This document shows, piece after piece, positions 25,110 to 34,468 of a DNA stretch of 36,778 bases. This stretch comes from a virus, in IMG/VR virus record IMGVR_UViG_3300045988_162097, positions 1 through 36,778 of that record; one strand, given 5' to 3'. The position numbers were made by a program, and so were the translations under genes. A model generated the notes under the pieces. It made no database searches, was not told the origin of the DNA, and worked only from the letters and a program-made list of their open reading frames with translations. Each line of letters begins with the position of its first letter. The stretch's first letter is position 1.

Positions 25110-25949
25110 ATGCCACAAGGACAAACTAAAATTACAAATTTATTCGACCCAGAAGTATTAGCGGATATGCTAAACGAGCAAACTGGTAAGCACATCAAAT
25201 TCGCGCCTTTAGCGGATGTGGATGAAACTCTAGAAGGCGTACCAGGGGACACTCTTACTGTTCCACAATGGAACTATATCGGTGACGCTGCGGAAGTTGC
25301 AGAAGGTGCTCCTATCCCAGTTGAGCAATTAGGTCATACAACTACTAAAATGAAAGTAAAAAAAGCAGCTAAAGGTGTGGAAATCACAGACGAAGCATTG
25401 CTTTCAGGCTATGGTGACCCTAAAGGCGCAGCTGTTCGTCAATTGGCGAAATCAATCGACCATAAGGTAGACCTTGATGTATTAGAAGCAGCAAGAACTG
25501 CAACTCAAACTTATCCTACTAAAAAAGGATTAAAAATCGAAGATATCAACGAAGCGCAAAATGTATTGAACTCTGAATCTGACGATGATGTGTATGTGTT
25601 ATTTTGTAACACTAAGTATGCGAATGCGTTACGCTTAGAAGCTGGAAAGGATTTCTTAGCTGGTTCACAATTAGGAGCAGAGGCGTTTGTAAAAGGTACT
25701 TATGGTGCCATCTTAAATACACAAATCGTTAAATCTAATAAATTATTAGATACTGAAGCTATTTTAGTATTAACTAACAAGGACGAAGAAGACGGCACGA
25801 AAGCATTTAAAATCGTTTCTAAGCGTAAAACTCTCTTAGAAATTGAGCGTTACGCTTCTAAAAAATCAACTGGTTTATTCGCTGACCGCCACTATGGTGC
25901 GTACTTACAAAATGCGAAGAAAGTAGTTAAAATTACAATTACAAAATAG
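25110..25949 (+). CDS. Major capsid protein
   Basis: 279 aa, position after the scaffold, strong SD AAAGGAAG. Synteny-based call. Confidence 0.7.
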   Translation: MPQGQTKITNLFDPEVLADMLNEQTGKHIKFAPLADVDETLEGVPGDTLTVPQWNYIGDAAEVAEGAPIPVEQLGHTTTKMKVKKAAKGVEITDEALLSGYGDPKGAAVRQLAKSIDHKVDLDVLEAARTATQTYPTKKGLKIEDINEAQNVLNSESDDDVYVLFCNTKYANALRLEAGKDFLAGSQLGAEAFVKGTYGAILNTQIVKSNKLLDTEAILVLTNKDEEDGTKAFKIVSKRKTLLEIERYASKKSTGLFADRHYGAYLQNAKKVVKITITK

Positions 25950-25968
25950 GACAGGGGGCTGGGTTTAA

Positions 25969-26184
25969 ATGAAGTATAAAATTCTTAATCCAGTATACCT
26001 AGAGCGCGAAGATTTCCATTGTCCAGTTGGAGCCGTTATCGATTTAACTGAGGACCGTGTTCTTGAACTGGTCCAAAAGTTAGAAGCTATTGATGAAGAG
26101 TTCAGTTCTTATTTTGCAGTTATTGGAGGGGATGATGATGGACAATCTATTGACCCAGTTGAAACTGTTAACGAAGGAGAGTAA
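25969..26184 (+). CDS. Hypothetical acidic small protein (71 aa) after the capsid gene
   Basis: SD GGGGG. No domain recognised. Confidence 0.45.
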   Translation: MKYKILNPVYLEREDFHCPVGAVIDLTEDRVLELVQKLEAIDEEFSSYFAVIGGDDDGQSIDPVETVNEGE

Positions 26185-26461
26185 CGAGGAGTTACTCTCT
26201 CTTTATTTAGAGCAAGCTGAGCAGATGATTCTACTTGAAACGAACCGGACTCATGTTCCGTTGTCGCTTCGATTTACTCAGTTGCAATTGGCCCAGTACT
26301 TAATAGAGCGCCATGGTAATGCCGGGGAAGTTAGCCGCAGTGAGGGAGGTATCTCCATTACTTATTCGGATGATTTGCCTGTTAATATCATGAAGCCTAT
26401 TAAAGCAGCCAGATTAGTGAGGTGTGGTGGACGTGTATTTGAAAAACCTAAAACCTTATAA
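26135..26461 (+). CDS. Head-tail connector protein (gp6/gp15-like)
   Basis: ~108 aa. The true start is one of three consecutive ATGs (26132-26140) after GGAGGGG. Synteny. Confidence 0.5.
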   Translation: MMDNLLTQLKLLTKESNEELLSLYLEQAEQMILLETNRTHVPLSLRFTQLQLAQYLIERHGNAGEVSRSEGGISITYSDDLPVNIMKPIKAARLVRCGGRVFEKPKTL

Positions 26462-26753
26462 AGTTTTTCCGAGAACCGTCACGATCGATAGCGAAGGTGG
26501 AAGGTATGCCGATTACAGCAGTGAACCTATCGTGTGCGAACTGGAGACCTGGCCTGCAGGAGGCAGGGTCCAGGCTGCTATGTACGGGGAGCGCCTGCAA
26601 TACATGCGGAATGCAAACTGTTACTTAAGCGAACCAATCAAAGAGAACGATGGCGTGGCTGTGTTTTCGGATAATGGTCCGGATTATGAAGTAGTCAGTG
26701 TTCAGCCCTACACTGAGCATAAAGTGCTCTTACTGGAGGCGATTAATAAATGA
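26424..26753 (+). CDS. Head closure / head-tail adaptor protein (gp9/gp16-like). Start uncertain (GTG/TTG)
   Basis: 109 aa. Synteny between the connector and the gp10-like gene. Confidence 0.45.
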   Translation: MVDVYLKNLKPYKVFPRTVTIDSEGGRYADYSSEPIVCELETWPAGGRVQAAMYGERLQYMRNANCYLSEPIKENDGVAVFSDNGPDYEVVSVQPYTEHKVLLLEAINK

Positions 26754-27271
26754 GTGATGGTTGGGCAAGTCTATCTCACAAACTTGGAGAGCTTCCCTGG
26801 TCCACTCAAGCTGCTATTAAAAAAATAGCAATGGGACAGGCCACCAAGAAGGTACAGGGTACAGCTAAGCGTAAAGCTCCCGGATTCCGTGGGGACCTTA
26901 GAAAAAGCATACACACCAGGACTCGATTTGAATCGGATGCCATTGTTGGGGTTGTGTACACTAATAATGACCATGCTGCTTTCGTTGAGTTCGGGACTGG
27001 TCCTGAAGGTGCTGCGAATCATTCAGGTATCAGTCCTAATGTGAGCGTATCGTATAGGACGGACCCTTGGTTAATACCTGGAGCGCTGCTTAGCAGAAAG
27101 GCCATCAATTGGTATTGGCCAGGCCGGAAGTATAACCCGGAGGCTCTTTATTGGACAGATGGTCAGCGAGCGCAGCCGTTCTTATATCCTGCGTTGAAGC
27201 AGAATGAAGAAAAGTTGCCGCGTATTTTTGCTAAAGCAGTTAAGAATGAATTGAGGAGGCTGTCTATATGA
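26750..27271 (+). CDS. HK97 gp10-family tail-component protein
   Basis: Contains the conserved AAFVEFGTGP motif typical of the HK97 gp10 family. Confidence 0.65.
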   Translation: MSDGWASLSHKLGELPWSTQAAIKKIAMGQATKKVQGTAKRKAPGFRGDLRKSIHTRTRFESDAIVGVVYTNNDHAAFVEFGTGPEGAANHSGISPNVSVSYRTDPWLIPGALLSRKAINWYWPGRKYNPEALYWTDGQRAQPFLYPALKQNEEKLPRIFAKAVKNELRRLSI

Positions 27272-27639
27272 TTAATGTAAAATCGGAGGTGTTCGAGGCG
27301 CTGAAAAAAATCGTGCCTAATGTAACGGACGCCTATCCCAAGGACTGGGCCACTTTTCCAGTGGTCGTTTACCTGGAGGACGAGAATAAGCCGGCCGATG
27401 TAACTAGCTCGGGTGAGGCATCGTCTGATATCAGTTACACGGTCCATATATGGGATAAAAAATCAATTTCGGATATCGCGGTCAAGATTGATGCTGCGTT
27501 TGTGGCCTTAGGTTTCAAGCGCACCACTTGCCAGGATGTGCCGGATAACCAAGAGCTACGCCACAAGCTCATGCGTTTTAATGGCGTGGTCGATGTGGAC
27601 ACGCTGCGTGTCTACCATAAAAATTATTACAATGATTAA
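27268..27639 (+). CDS. Tail completion protein (gp17-like)
   Basis: 123 aa. SD GAGGAGG. Synteny immediately before the major tail gene. Confidence 0.45.
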   Translation: MINVKSEVFEALKKIVPNVTDAYPKDWATFPVVVYLEDENKPADVTSSGEASSDISYTVHIWDKKSISDIAVKIDAAFVALGFKRTTCQDVPDNQELRHKLMRFNGVVDVDTLRVYHKNYYND

Positions 27640-27667
27640 AAATCCAATCATGAAAGGAAGTAAATAA

Positions 27668-28087
27668 ATGTTAGCTAATGGGATTAAGTTAAAATGGGGC
27701 GATAGTGAAGCCGCTGTTAATGAAGTAATCAAGGAATTAAAAGAAGTTCCTGAAATTGGTATCGAACCTGAGAAGGTTGAAAATACAACGCTTGCTGACC
27801 CAGTTAAAATGTATGAGTTCGGTATCGGGGACGCTGGTGAGCTTGAGTATAAATTAAAATATGAAAATGGCTCAGCGCAATCTTCATACCGTAAATTACG
27901 TGATGCAATGGAGAAAAAATTGAAGAAGTACTGGGAGCAAGAATATCCGGATGGGACTAAGGTTAAATTTGCCGGTCAACCATCTGTAAAAATCTCAGGT
28001 GGTGGTGTGAACTCAGCTATTGAAGTTACACTTAAAATCGCGTTACAGTCTGAATTAAAAATTACGGACGGCGAGTTATCATTATAA
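27668..28087 (+). CDS. Major tail protein
   Basis: 139 aa. Position between the completion protein and the G/GT chaperones. Confidence 0.55.
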   Translation: MLANGIKLKWGDSEAAVNEVIKELKEVPEIGIEPEKVENTTLADPVKMYEFGIGDAGELEYKLKYENGSAQSSYRKLRDAMEKKLKKYWEQEYPDGTKVKFAGQPSVKISGGGVNSAIEVTLKIALQSELKITDGELSL

Positions 28088-28114
28088 TCATTAAAAACTA
28101 AGGGGGACTTTTAA

Positions 28115-28567
28115 ATGTTCGAAGAAGAAAACCAAAACGAGAATAATGTAGTATCATTAGATGATGCCATCGAAAAAAAAGAAGAAGCACCAGCTCCGGC
28201 AAAACCTAAGCGCAAACCGTTCGCGGTATGGTCTGTGGGTGGTACTAATTACCACTTGAAATTAACTGCAGATGGCATTTGTAGTCTTGAGACTAAAACT
28301 AAAAAGAACTTACTCGGATTAATCGAGGAGTTGCCGCCATTAAATGTAATGTGTGGAATTATCCAGGCATCTATGCAGCGTTACCATCATGGAATTAAAT
28401 ATAACCAAGTGAAGGCGTTAGTCGATGAATACTTCGAAGAAGGCGGTTCTCAGTTGGAGCTGTTCACGGATGTAATTATCCCAATCTTCCAAGTGTCGGG
28501 TTTTTTCTCAGTGGAGATGGCCGAAGCGATGGACGAAACAGTCGAAGCGGCCAAAGCGAGCATGTAG
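28115..28567 (+). CDS. Tail assembly chaperone G
   Basis: 150 aa, acidic. Immediately upstream of the tape measure gene. Confidence 0.7.
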   Translation: MFEEENQNENNVVSLDDAIEKKEEAPAPAKPKRKPFAVWSVGGTNYHLKLTADGICSLETKTKKNLLGLIEELPPLNVMCGIIQASMQRYHHGIKYNQVKALVDEYFEEGGSQLELFTDVIIPIFQVSGFFSVEMAEAMDETVEAAKASM

Positions 28568-28965
28568 ACCGAATCCTTACCGAGCAACTTTATGACCTTT
28601 ATCCCATGGCACTCGACTGTGGGATGGAGGTCGTTTCTTTTTGGTCTTATTCGCTGGACGAGTTGGAGGATATCTTCGAAGCGTTCGAGCGGAGTGAGCG
28701 CCGGAAGTTTAAAGCAAAAATTTCCATGAATTATGCTTTGGCTCAGCATATCCAGGACCATGTCGCTGCGCTATTAGTTGATAATCATAAAACTAAGAGC
28801 CTGTATGACCTGTACCCGGATTTCTTTACTGCAGAAGATAAAGAAGAAGCTATGGCCGTATCTAATGAGCGCATGAAGCAGCTCGAATTAGAAAAGCATA
28901 AAGAAGCGATGCGTGCGTTTGCTGCTCGTTTCAATTCAAACTTAAAAATTGCGAAAGGGGGATAA
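28115..28965 (+). CDS. Tail assembly chaperone GT, produced by -1 programmed frameshift at T_TTT_TTC (28501-28507)
   Basis: I verified that the -1 frame is open from the slip site through 28965. The downstream ORF 28606-28965 has no independent function otherwise. Confidence 0.6.
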
Positions 28966-28968
28966 TGC

Positions 28969-31900
28969 ATGGCATTAACCTTGGAGCAGGTCCAAGTGCT
29001 GATAAAAGCCGAGACAGGTCCTTACAAGAAGGCTCTGAAAGAAATTCAGAATCAAACCGATAACGCTCAGAAGGTTGTAAACCAAAAGGTAGGCGGCATG
29101 AATGAGACGTTCGCTAGAATAGGGAACGCCATAAAAATTGCAGCTATTACTGGGGCGTTATATAAAGTAGGCAGTTATGGGACTCAGATGGCTTTGGAAG
29201 TCAGCGCTGCTATGAACCAAATCAAGCGGACCATGGGTGAGAGCTCGCAGTCGTTCTTAAAATGGGCCGATAATGGGGCCATCGCTTACAATATCGCAAA
29301 GGCAGATGCCTTAAAATATGGAGCGGTGTACTCTAATCTATTTAGTAATTTTATCAAGGACTCAGACCAATTGAGTGGCTATACTGTAAAAATGCTTGAG
29401 GCGTCTTCAGTCATTGCCAGCGCTACTGGTCGAACGATGGACGATGTAATGAACCGAATTCGGAGCGGTATGCTCGGTAGTACTGAAGCCATTGAGGACC
29501 TTGGTATTAATGTAAATGTAGCTATGTTAGAAGCCACGGAGGCGTTTCAGCAGTTAGCGAACGGGCGCTCTTGGGCTCAGCTAGATTTCAATACACAACA
29601 AGCAATCCGCATGATGGCTATCCTGGAGCAAGCATCGAAAAAATACGGGACGACTCTCATGCAGGGTCCAACCACGAGCCTTGCTTACTTTGTGGCGCTG
29701 TTAAAAAATAGCGCTCTTAATATCGGGAATGCATTTCTTCCGATTCTTAATGCTATGATGCCAGCCTTGAATACATTCGCATCATTCTTGAATACAGCCA
29801 CGAGCGCCCTTGCTACGTTTACCCAGCTCTTATTCGGTAAGACGGTTAATACGAGCGGCGGCTTAGGTGGAGCCATGAGTGGCGTTCAAGATGCTGCAGG
29901 CGGAATCGCTGATAGCCTTGGCGATGCTGGTAATGGTGCCGGTAAGCTAGGAGATGGCGTTGGTAAAGCTGGTAAAGCTGCTAAGCAGGCAGCAAAAGAA
30001 ATGCTGGGTCTTTTAAAATTTGACGAGATTAACTCGCTGAGCAAAAAAGCTGCTGGCGGCGGAGATGATGACTCCGGCGGTGGTGGCGGAGGCGGAGGCG
30101 GCGGTGGTGGTGGCCGTGGGGGCGGAGCTCCTGGCGGTGGCGCACTAACTCTTCCGAAGGTGTCATTCTCTGATGCATTCAACGAAGAGGACACTGGTCC
30201 TATCGTTAAATTTTTAGAAAAACTCAAAGAATTGTTACAACCTACAATCGAGGCGTTGGGTCGACTAGCGAAAGCACTGGAGCCATTGAAGCAATTTGTG
30301 GCCACTGCACTCATTGATTTTTATGAGCGCTTTTTAGTGCCGGTCGGGTCCTGGGTCCTAGGGGAAGGGCTGCCGCGATTCATTGATATCATCACTAAAA
30401 CCTTGAACAATATCGACTTCCCTAAAATCAACGAAGCGTTACGCCAATTTTGGGACGCCTTAGCTCCATTCTCGATTACTATCGGGGAAGGTTTGCTGTG
30501 GTTCCTGGATAATGTCATGAGCCCATTAGTGAGTTACACGATTTCGGATATCGTTCCGGAGTTTATTCGTGGTATAGCTGGTGCGGTAAAAATTGCAGAC
30601 GGTGTATTGCGTGGAGCTGGTGACGCGTTTGCGTGGTTGTTCGATAGTTTCTTAGCTCCGATTGCTCAGTGGACCGGTGGGGTCATTGTTGAAGTCCTTA
30701 AGCGACTAGCCGATGCGCTCCAAGTCATTGGGGATTGGTGTAATGAAAATACAGGAGTCATCTCCGGAATTACTAAGGTCTTAGGTGCATTTTTCGGTGT
30801 GTGGAAGTTGATTGAATTCGCTGCGTACATCGAACAGTTGGGCGGCCTTGCTGCTGTCTTTGTAACTCTTAAAAATGCACTGGTCGGATTAACAATTGGT
30901 AACTTGAAGTCGTTCGGTGAGTCGTTATATCTAACGGCCCTATATGCGAAGGACTTCGTTATAAATAGCGCGAGCATGATTGGCAGTTTAATTGCCCAAG
31001 GATGGCAGTGGGCAACTACTGCAGGAGCCATGGCACTTCACACTGCTGCATCGACTGCTGCTGCTGCGGCAACGTGGTTACTGAATGGAGCGATTGCGGT
31101 CCTAACCAGTCCGATTACAGCAGTTATTGCGGCCATTGCTGCATTAGTAGCGATTGGGATTGCGTTGATTGCAAACTGGGATACTGTTGCGCAAGTTTCT
31201 GCAGAAGTATGGCAGGGTATTTGCGATTTCATCGGCGGAGCCTGCGATGCAATTGGCCAGTTCTTCTCGAAGCTATGGCAGCAGATTGTGTTTGAGTTTT
31301 CTCAAGCTCCAGCCTGGTTTAATACTGTATTTAAGCAAGCATGGGACAATATCGTTAATGTGTTTAAGGCTTTAGGTCAATGGTTCGGTCAAAGGTGGCA
31401 GGATGTAGTATCCGCGTTGAGTAGTGTCGCATCATGGTTTGGCAACATGTTCCGTCAAGCGTGGACAGTGGTGACTGGTATATTCGCCGGTATCGGTTCA
31501 TGGTTCGGAGCTCGCTGGCATGATGTCACGAATATCCTGGGCGGTGTGGCTTCTTGGTTCGGCGGAATCTTCCGCAGTGCATATAGTGCAGTTCAAGGGG
31601 CATTCAGCGGCATCGGGTCATTCTTCAGTGGCGTATGGTCCACTGTTAGAGGCATCTTTGTGAACGCCGGTCAAATGATAGGGTCTGCGGTCGGTGGTGC
31701 GTTCCGTGGAGCAGTGAATGCTGTTCTTGGCACCATCGAGAATGTAGTAAATGGATTTATTGGCATGATTAATGGAGTTATTGGTTTAATCAATAAAATT
31801 CCAGGTGTATCGCTCGGAAGCATTGGGTATGTGAATCTGCCACGACTAGCGCGTGGGGGTATCGTTGACAGTGCTACGCTCGCAATCGTGGGGGAAGCCG

Positions 31901-32118
31901 GACGAGAAGCCGTTATGCCATTAGAAAATAACACAGGTTGGATTACTGATTTAGCTGGTAAAGTCGCAGCTCGTATGCCGGAAGGTTCGGGCGGTGGTAA
32001 TGCTCCGGTAATCAGAGAGCTAGTGCTAAAAGTCGGGGATGATGAATTCGGTCGCTGGACGATTGATAAAATCAACCAGGCACAGGCGCAAGCTGGCCGC
32101 TTGTTGTTAAATGTTTAG
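28969..32118 (+). CDS. Tail tape measure protein (1049 aa) with an internal poly-Gly tract and SWFG-type tandem repeats
   Basis: Largest gene, follows G/GT. Contains a Gly20-like run and repeated G.WFG..W.DV motifs. Confidence 0.9.
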   Translation: MALTLEQVQVLIKAETGPYKKALKEIQNQTDNAQKVVNQKVGGMNETFARIGNAIKIAAITGALYKVGSYGTQMALEVSAAMNQIKRTMGESSQSFLKWADNGAIAYNIAKADALKYGAVYSNLFSNFIKDSDQLSGYTVKMLEASSVIASATGRTMDDVMNRIRSGMLGSTEAIEDLGINVNVAMLEATEAFQQLANGRSWAQLDFNTQQAIRMMAILEQASKKYGTTLMQGPTTSLAYFVALLKNSALNIGNAFLPILNAMMPALNTFASFLNTATSALATFTQLLFGKTVNTSGGLGGAMSGVQDAAGGIADSLGDAGNGAGKLGDGVGKAGKAAKQAAKEMLGLLKFDEINSLSKKAAGGGDDDSGGGGGGGGGGGGGRGGGAPGGGALTLPKVSFSDAFNEEDTGPIVKFLEKLKELLQPTIEALGRLAKALEPLKQFVATALIDFYERFLVPVGSWVLGEGLPRFIDIITKTLNNIDFPKINEALRQFWDALAPFSITIGEGLLWFLDNVMSPLVSYTISDIVPEFIRGIAGAVKIADGVLRGAGDAFAWLFDSFLAPIAQWTGGVIVEVLKRLADALQVIGDWCNENTGVISGITKVLGAFFGVWKLIEFAAYIEQLGGLAAVFVTLKNALVGLTIGNLKSFGESLYLTALYAKDFVINSASMIGSLIAQGWQWATTAGAMALHTAASTAAAAATWLLNGAIAVLTSPITAVIAAIAALVAIGIALIANWDTVAQVSAEVWQGICDFIGGACDAIGQFFSKLWQQIVFEFSQAPAWFNTVFKQAWDNIVNVFKALGQWFGQRWQDVVSALSSVASWFGNMFRQAWTVVTGIFAGIGSWFGARWHDVTNILGGVASWFGGIFRSAYSAVQGAFSGIGSFFSGVWSTVRGIFVNAGQMIGSAVGGAFRGAVNAVLGTIENVVNGFIGMINGVIGLINKIPGVSLGSIGYVNLPRLARGGIVDSATLAIVGEAGREAVMPLENNTGWITDLAGKVAARMPEGSGGGNAPVIRELVLKVGDDEFGRWTIDKINQAQAQAGRLLLNV

Positions 32119-32134
32119 AAAGGGGCACGATTGA

Positions 32135-32482
32135 ATGTCGTTAATTATAAACGGGGTGACGATTGTTGCCCCTAAATCTTTCAAAGTGACCATCTCGGAT
32201 GTAGACGGTGAGACGGGTCGTAATGCTCGAGGGGACATGGTCCGGGACCGTGTAGCTGTAAAGCGTAAGCTCGAGTGTGAGTGGGGTCTATTATCCCAGG
32301 CAGAAATGTCAGCACTGTTGACTGCTGTAAAAAGTGAATTTTTCACGGTCAGCTATCCGGACCCAGAAGTGGGGATTGTTAGTCGAACTTTTTACGTCGG
32401 GGACCGAAGTGCTCCGGCTTACTCCTGGGCTAATAACTTGAAGCCTTGGAGCGGTTTAAGTATGAATTTTGTTGAAAGGTAG
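32135..32482 (+). CDS. Small tail-tip-associated protein (115 aa). Possible minimal distal-tail/Dit-like component
   Basis: Position directly after the tape measure gene. SD AAAGGGG. Confidence 0.35.
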   Translation: MSLIINGVTIVAPKSFKVTISDVDGETGRNARGDMVRDRVAVKRKLECEWGLLSQAEMSALLTAVKSEFFTVSYPDPEVGIVSRTFYVGDRSAPAYSWANNLKPWSGLSMNFVER

Positions 32483-32491
32483 GAGGTGCGC

Positions 32492-34453
32492 ATGTATCAA
32501 GTAACGGATGAATATAAGGAAGCCATCCAGGCTGCAGCTCGCACTTTTAAGTGCAGGCTAGAAATACAAGGCACTGAATACACTGAGAGTGACATCATTT
32601 CTATCGAGTTGGACGATGGTCTAGCCACTGGGGATAAGTTCTTACCTGGTGGCGGATTCGTTAATACTCTACATGTAGAAATTGGCCGGATTGTGGAAGG
32701 TCTGCAGGAAGGCTCCAAATGTAAAGCGTTCATCTCGATTGAAACTCATCACGATCGATACGAGTCCATACCATTAGGAGTGTTCTATGCGAAGGATATC
32801 GTATTAAATCGAAATAGCAAGCGTACCAAAATAACAGCAGTTGATGGAATGGACCGCCTTAATGGTCCATTCGTCAGCTCGTTGGATTATCCATCGAACA
32901 CCAGGGCTATTGTAGAAGAAATTGCCCGAATCGCGGAGTTGGAGCTTGCTCCTAATCTGCTTGTTGCTGATTATCCGGTCCCGGTAAAAATGGACAAAGT
33001 GACGGTACGTGAAGCGCTGGTATACATCGCGCAATTAAACGGCAGTTTTGTTCGATTCGACCGCTTGGGTCGACTTGAATTTATCCAGCTTACGAACTCG
33101 AACCGCCGCGTTCCGAAGTCAAACTATTATCTGAACGGCCTTGAAAAAAACGAGGTGTTGTATCGTGTGAACGGTGCAAGTAATGAAGTGACCGGGGAAG
33201 GGAATAAAAAAGTCGTGTTCCATGAAGGGTCCACGACCGGTAATATTATTGCCTTTAAAAATCCGCTCATGAACCAGGCTATTTTAAGCCGGGTATATAA
33301 TGAGTATCGTGATTTTAACTTCTACCCGTACACCTTAAAATGGCAGGGGGATATGGCAATCTTTGCCGGCGAATGGCTCAGCGTTGAGTCTTACGATGGC
33401 CAGTTTGTGGCTTTGCCGATATTCTCTCAGAAGCTCTCATTCCGTGGTGGCTTAAGTGTCACTTCGAGTGGTAAATCTGCTACAGTCAGCCAGGGCACGA
33501 AGGAATACCGCGGCACGCTCACGCAGCAAGTGGAGTACCTTAATGCCATGATTACCAGTCAAGGTAATGTGTTTTCGGATGTGACTGAACCGGTCGAACC
33601 TAAAAACGGGGATACCTGGTTTAAGCCTAACGGTGGCTATGTGGAACTATACGAGCGACAGAATGGCGAGTGGGTCAAAAAAGCGGACACGGCAGATATG
33701 GAACGAATCATTCAAACCATGACTACCGATGAAGTAATAGCGAAAAAAATCAGCGCTGCGGTCGCTCAGATTATTGAGCTTAATGCGAATAAAATCGTGG
33801 CCGGGTCCATCGACTTGAATCGTGTTCGCGTGGTCCACGGAACAAAGGAAATATTAGGCGTTCGCGATGGAAAGGTGTTCATCGATACTTCTTCCATCGA
33901 GGACTTTAAAAAGCCATTGAAAGACCTTGAGGATAAGCTGGAAGCAAAAATTGAAGCGAAAATGGACAAAGGTATCACTGAGGACCAATTGAAACTCCTA
34001 AGGGACCAAAATCTTGTAATAACCCAGGAACTAAAAGCGAAAGCTAGCCTTGAGACCACTCTCGAGTGGCGTGCTAAATTTGACGCTCTGGTAAATGCCC
34101 GGGAAGAAGATAAAAAACAAGCCGAACGTGAGCTGGTTGAAGTATCGCAGCGAATGATTGGAATCCAGGCAGAACTTGGAGCCATGAGTGCTGTTTGGAA
34201 TGCTGTGGACAGGAATATGCGATTCGGTAATGAGGGTTTATCTATCGGGAATCCACAAGGCGATACTTCTGTATTAATTACTGATGACCGAATTTCGTTA
34301 ATTAGTTCAGGTAAGGAAGTTATGAGTATCTCTCAAGGGGTCATTCATATCGATAACGGGGTATTCACGAAATCGATTCAAATCGGTTATTATATTGAAT
34401 CGCAATATAATGTGAATCCTAATTTTAATGTAATACGGTATGTAGGACCGTAA
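32492..34453 (+). CDS. Tail-tip structural protein (Dit/Tal-like N-terminal region with a C-terminal coiled coil)
   Basis: ~650 aa. Position downstream of the tape measure gene. The C-terminal 200 aa is coiled-coil-like (EDFKKPLKDLEDKLEAKIEAK…). ATG 32492 after GGAGG. Confidence 0.5.
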   Translation: MYQVTDEYKEAIQAAARTFKCRLEIQGTEYTESDIISIELDDGLATGDKFLPGGGFVNTLHVEIGRIVEGLQEGSKCKAFISIETHHDRYESIPLGVFYAKDIVLNRNSKRTKITAVDGMDRLNGPFVSSLDYPSNTRAIVEEIARIAELELAPNLLVADYPVPVKMDKVTVREALVYIAQLNGSFVRFDRLGRLEFIQLTNSNRRVPKSNYYLNGLEKNEVLYRVNGASNEVTGEGNKKVVFHEGSTTGNIIAFKNPLMNQAILSRVYNEYRDFNFYPYTLKWQGDMAIFAGEWLSVESYDGQFVALPIFSQKLSFRGGLSVTSSGKSATVSQGTKEYRGTLTQQVEYLNAMITSQGNVFSDVTEPVEPKNGDTWFKPNGGYVELYERQNGEWVKKADTADMERIIQTMTTDEVIAKKISAAVAQIIELNANKIVAGSIDLNRVRVVHGTKEILGVRDGKVFIDTSSIEDFKKPLKDLEDKLEAKIEAKMDKGITEDQLKLLRDQNLVITQELKAKASLETTLEWRAKFDALVNAREEDKKQAERELVEVSQRMIGIQAELGAMSAVWNAVDRNMRFGNEGLSIGNPQGDTSVLITDDRISLISSGKEVMSISQGVIHIDNGVFTKSIQIGYYIESQYNVNPNFNVIRYVGP

Positions 34454-34468
34454 GGAAGGAGGAGTTGA

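Noticed and set aside
29886-30314. 142-aa Pro-rich ORF on the minus strand
   Set aside because: Antisense reading of the poly-Gly (GGN) tract of the tape measure gene (CCN gives Pro). Fully embedded in an unquestionable gene.
31002-31295. Cys-rich 97-aa + strand ORF inside the tape measure gene
   Set aside because: Alternative frame of the SWFG repeat region. Composition artefact, no RBS.
33766-34185. 139-aa Ser-rich minus-strand ORF
   Set aside because: Antisense to the coiled-coil portion of the 655-aa tail protein. Low complexity, no RBS.
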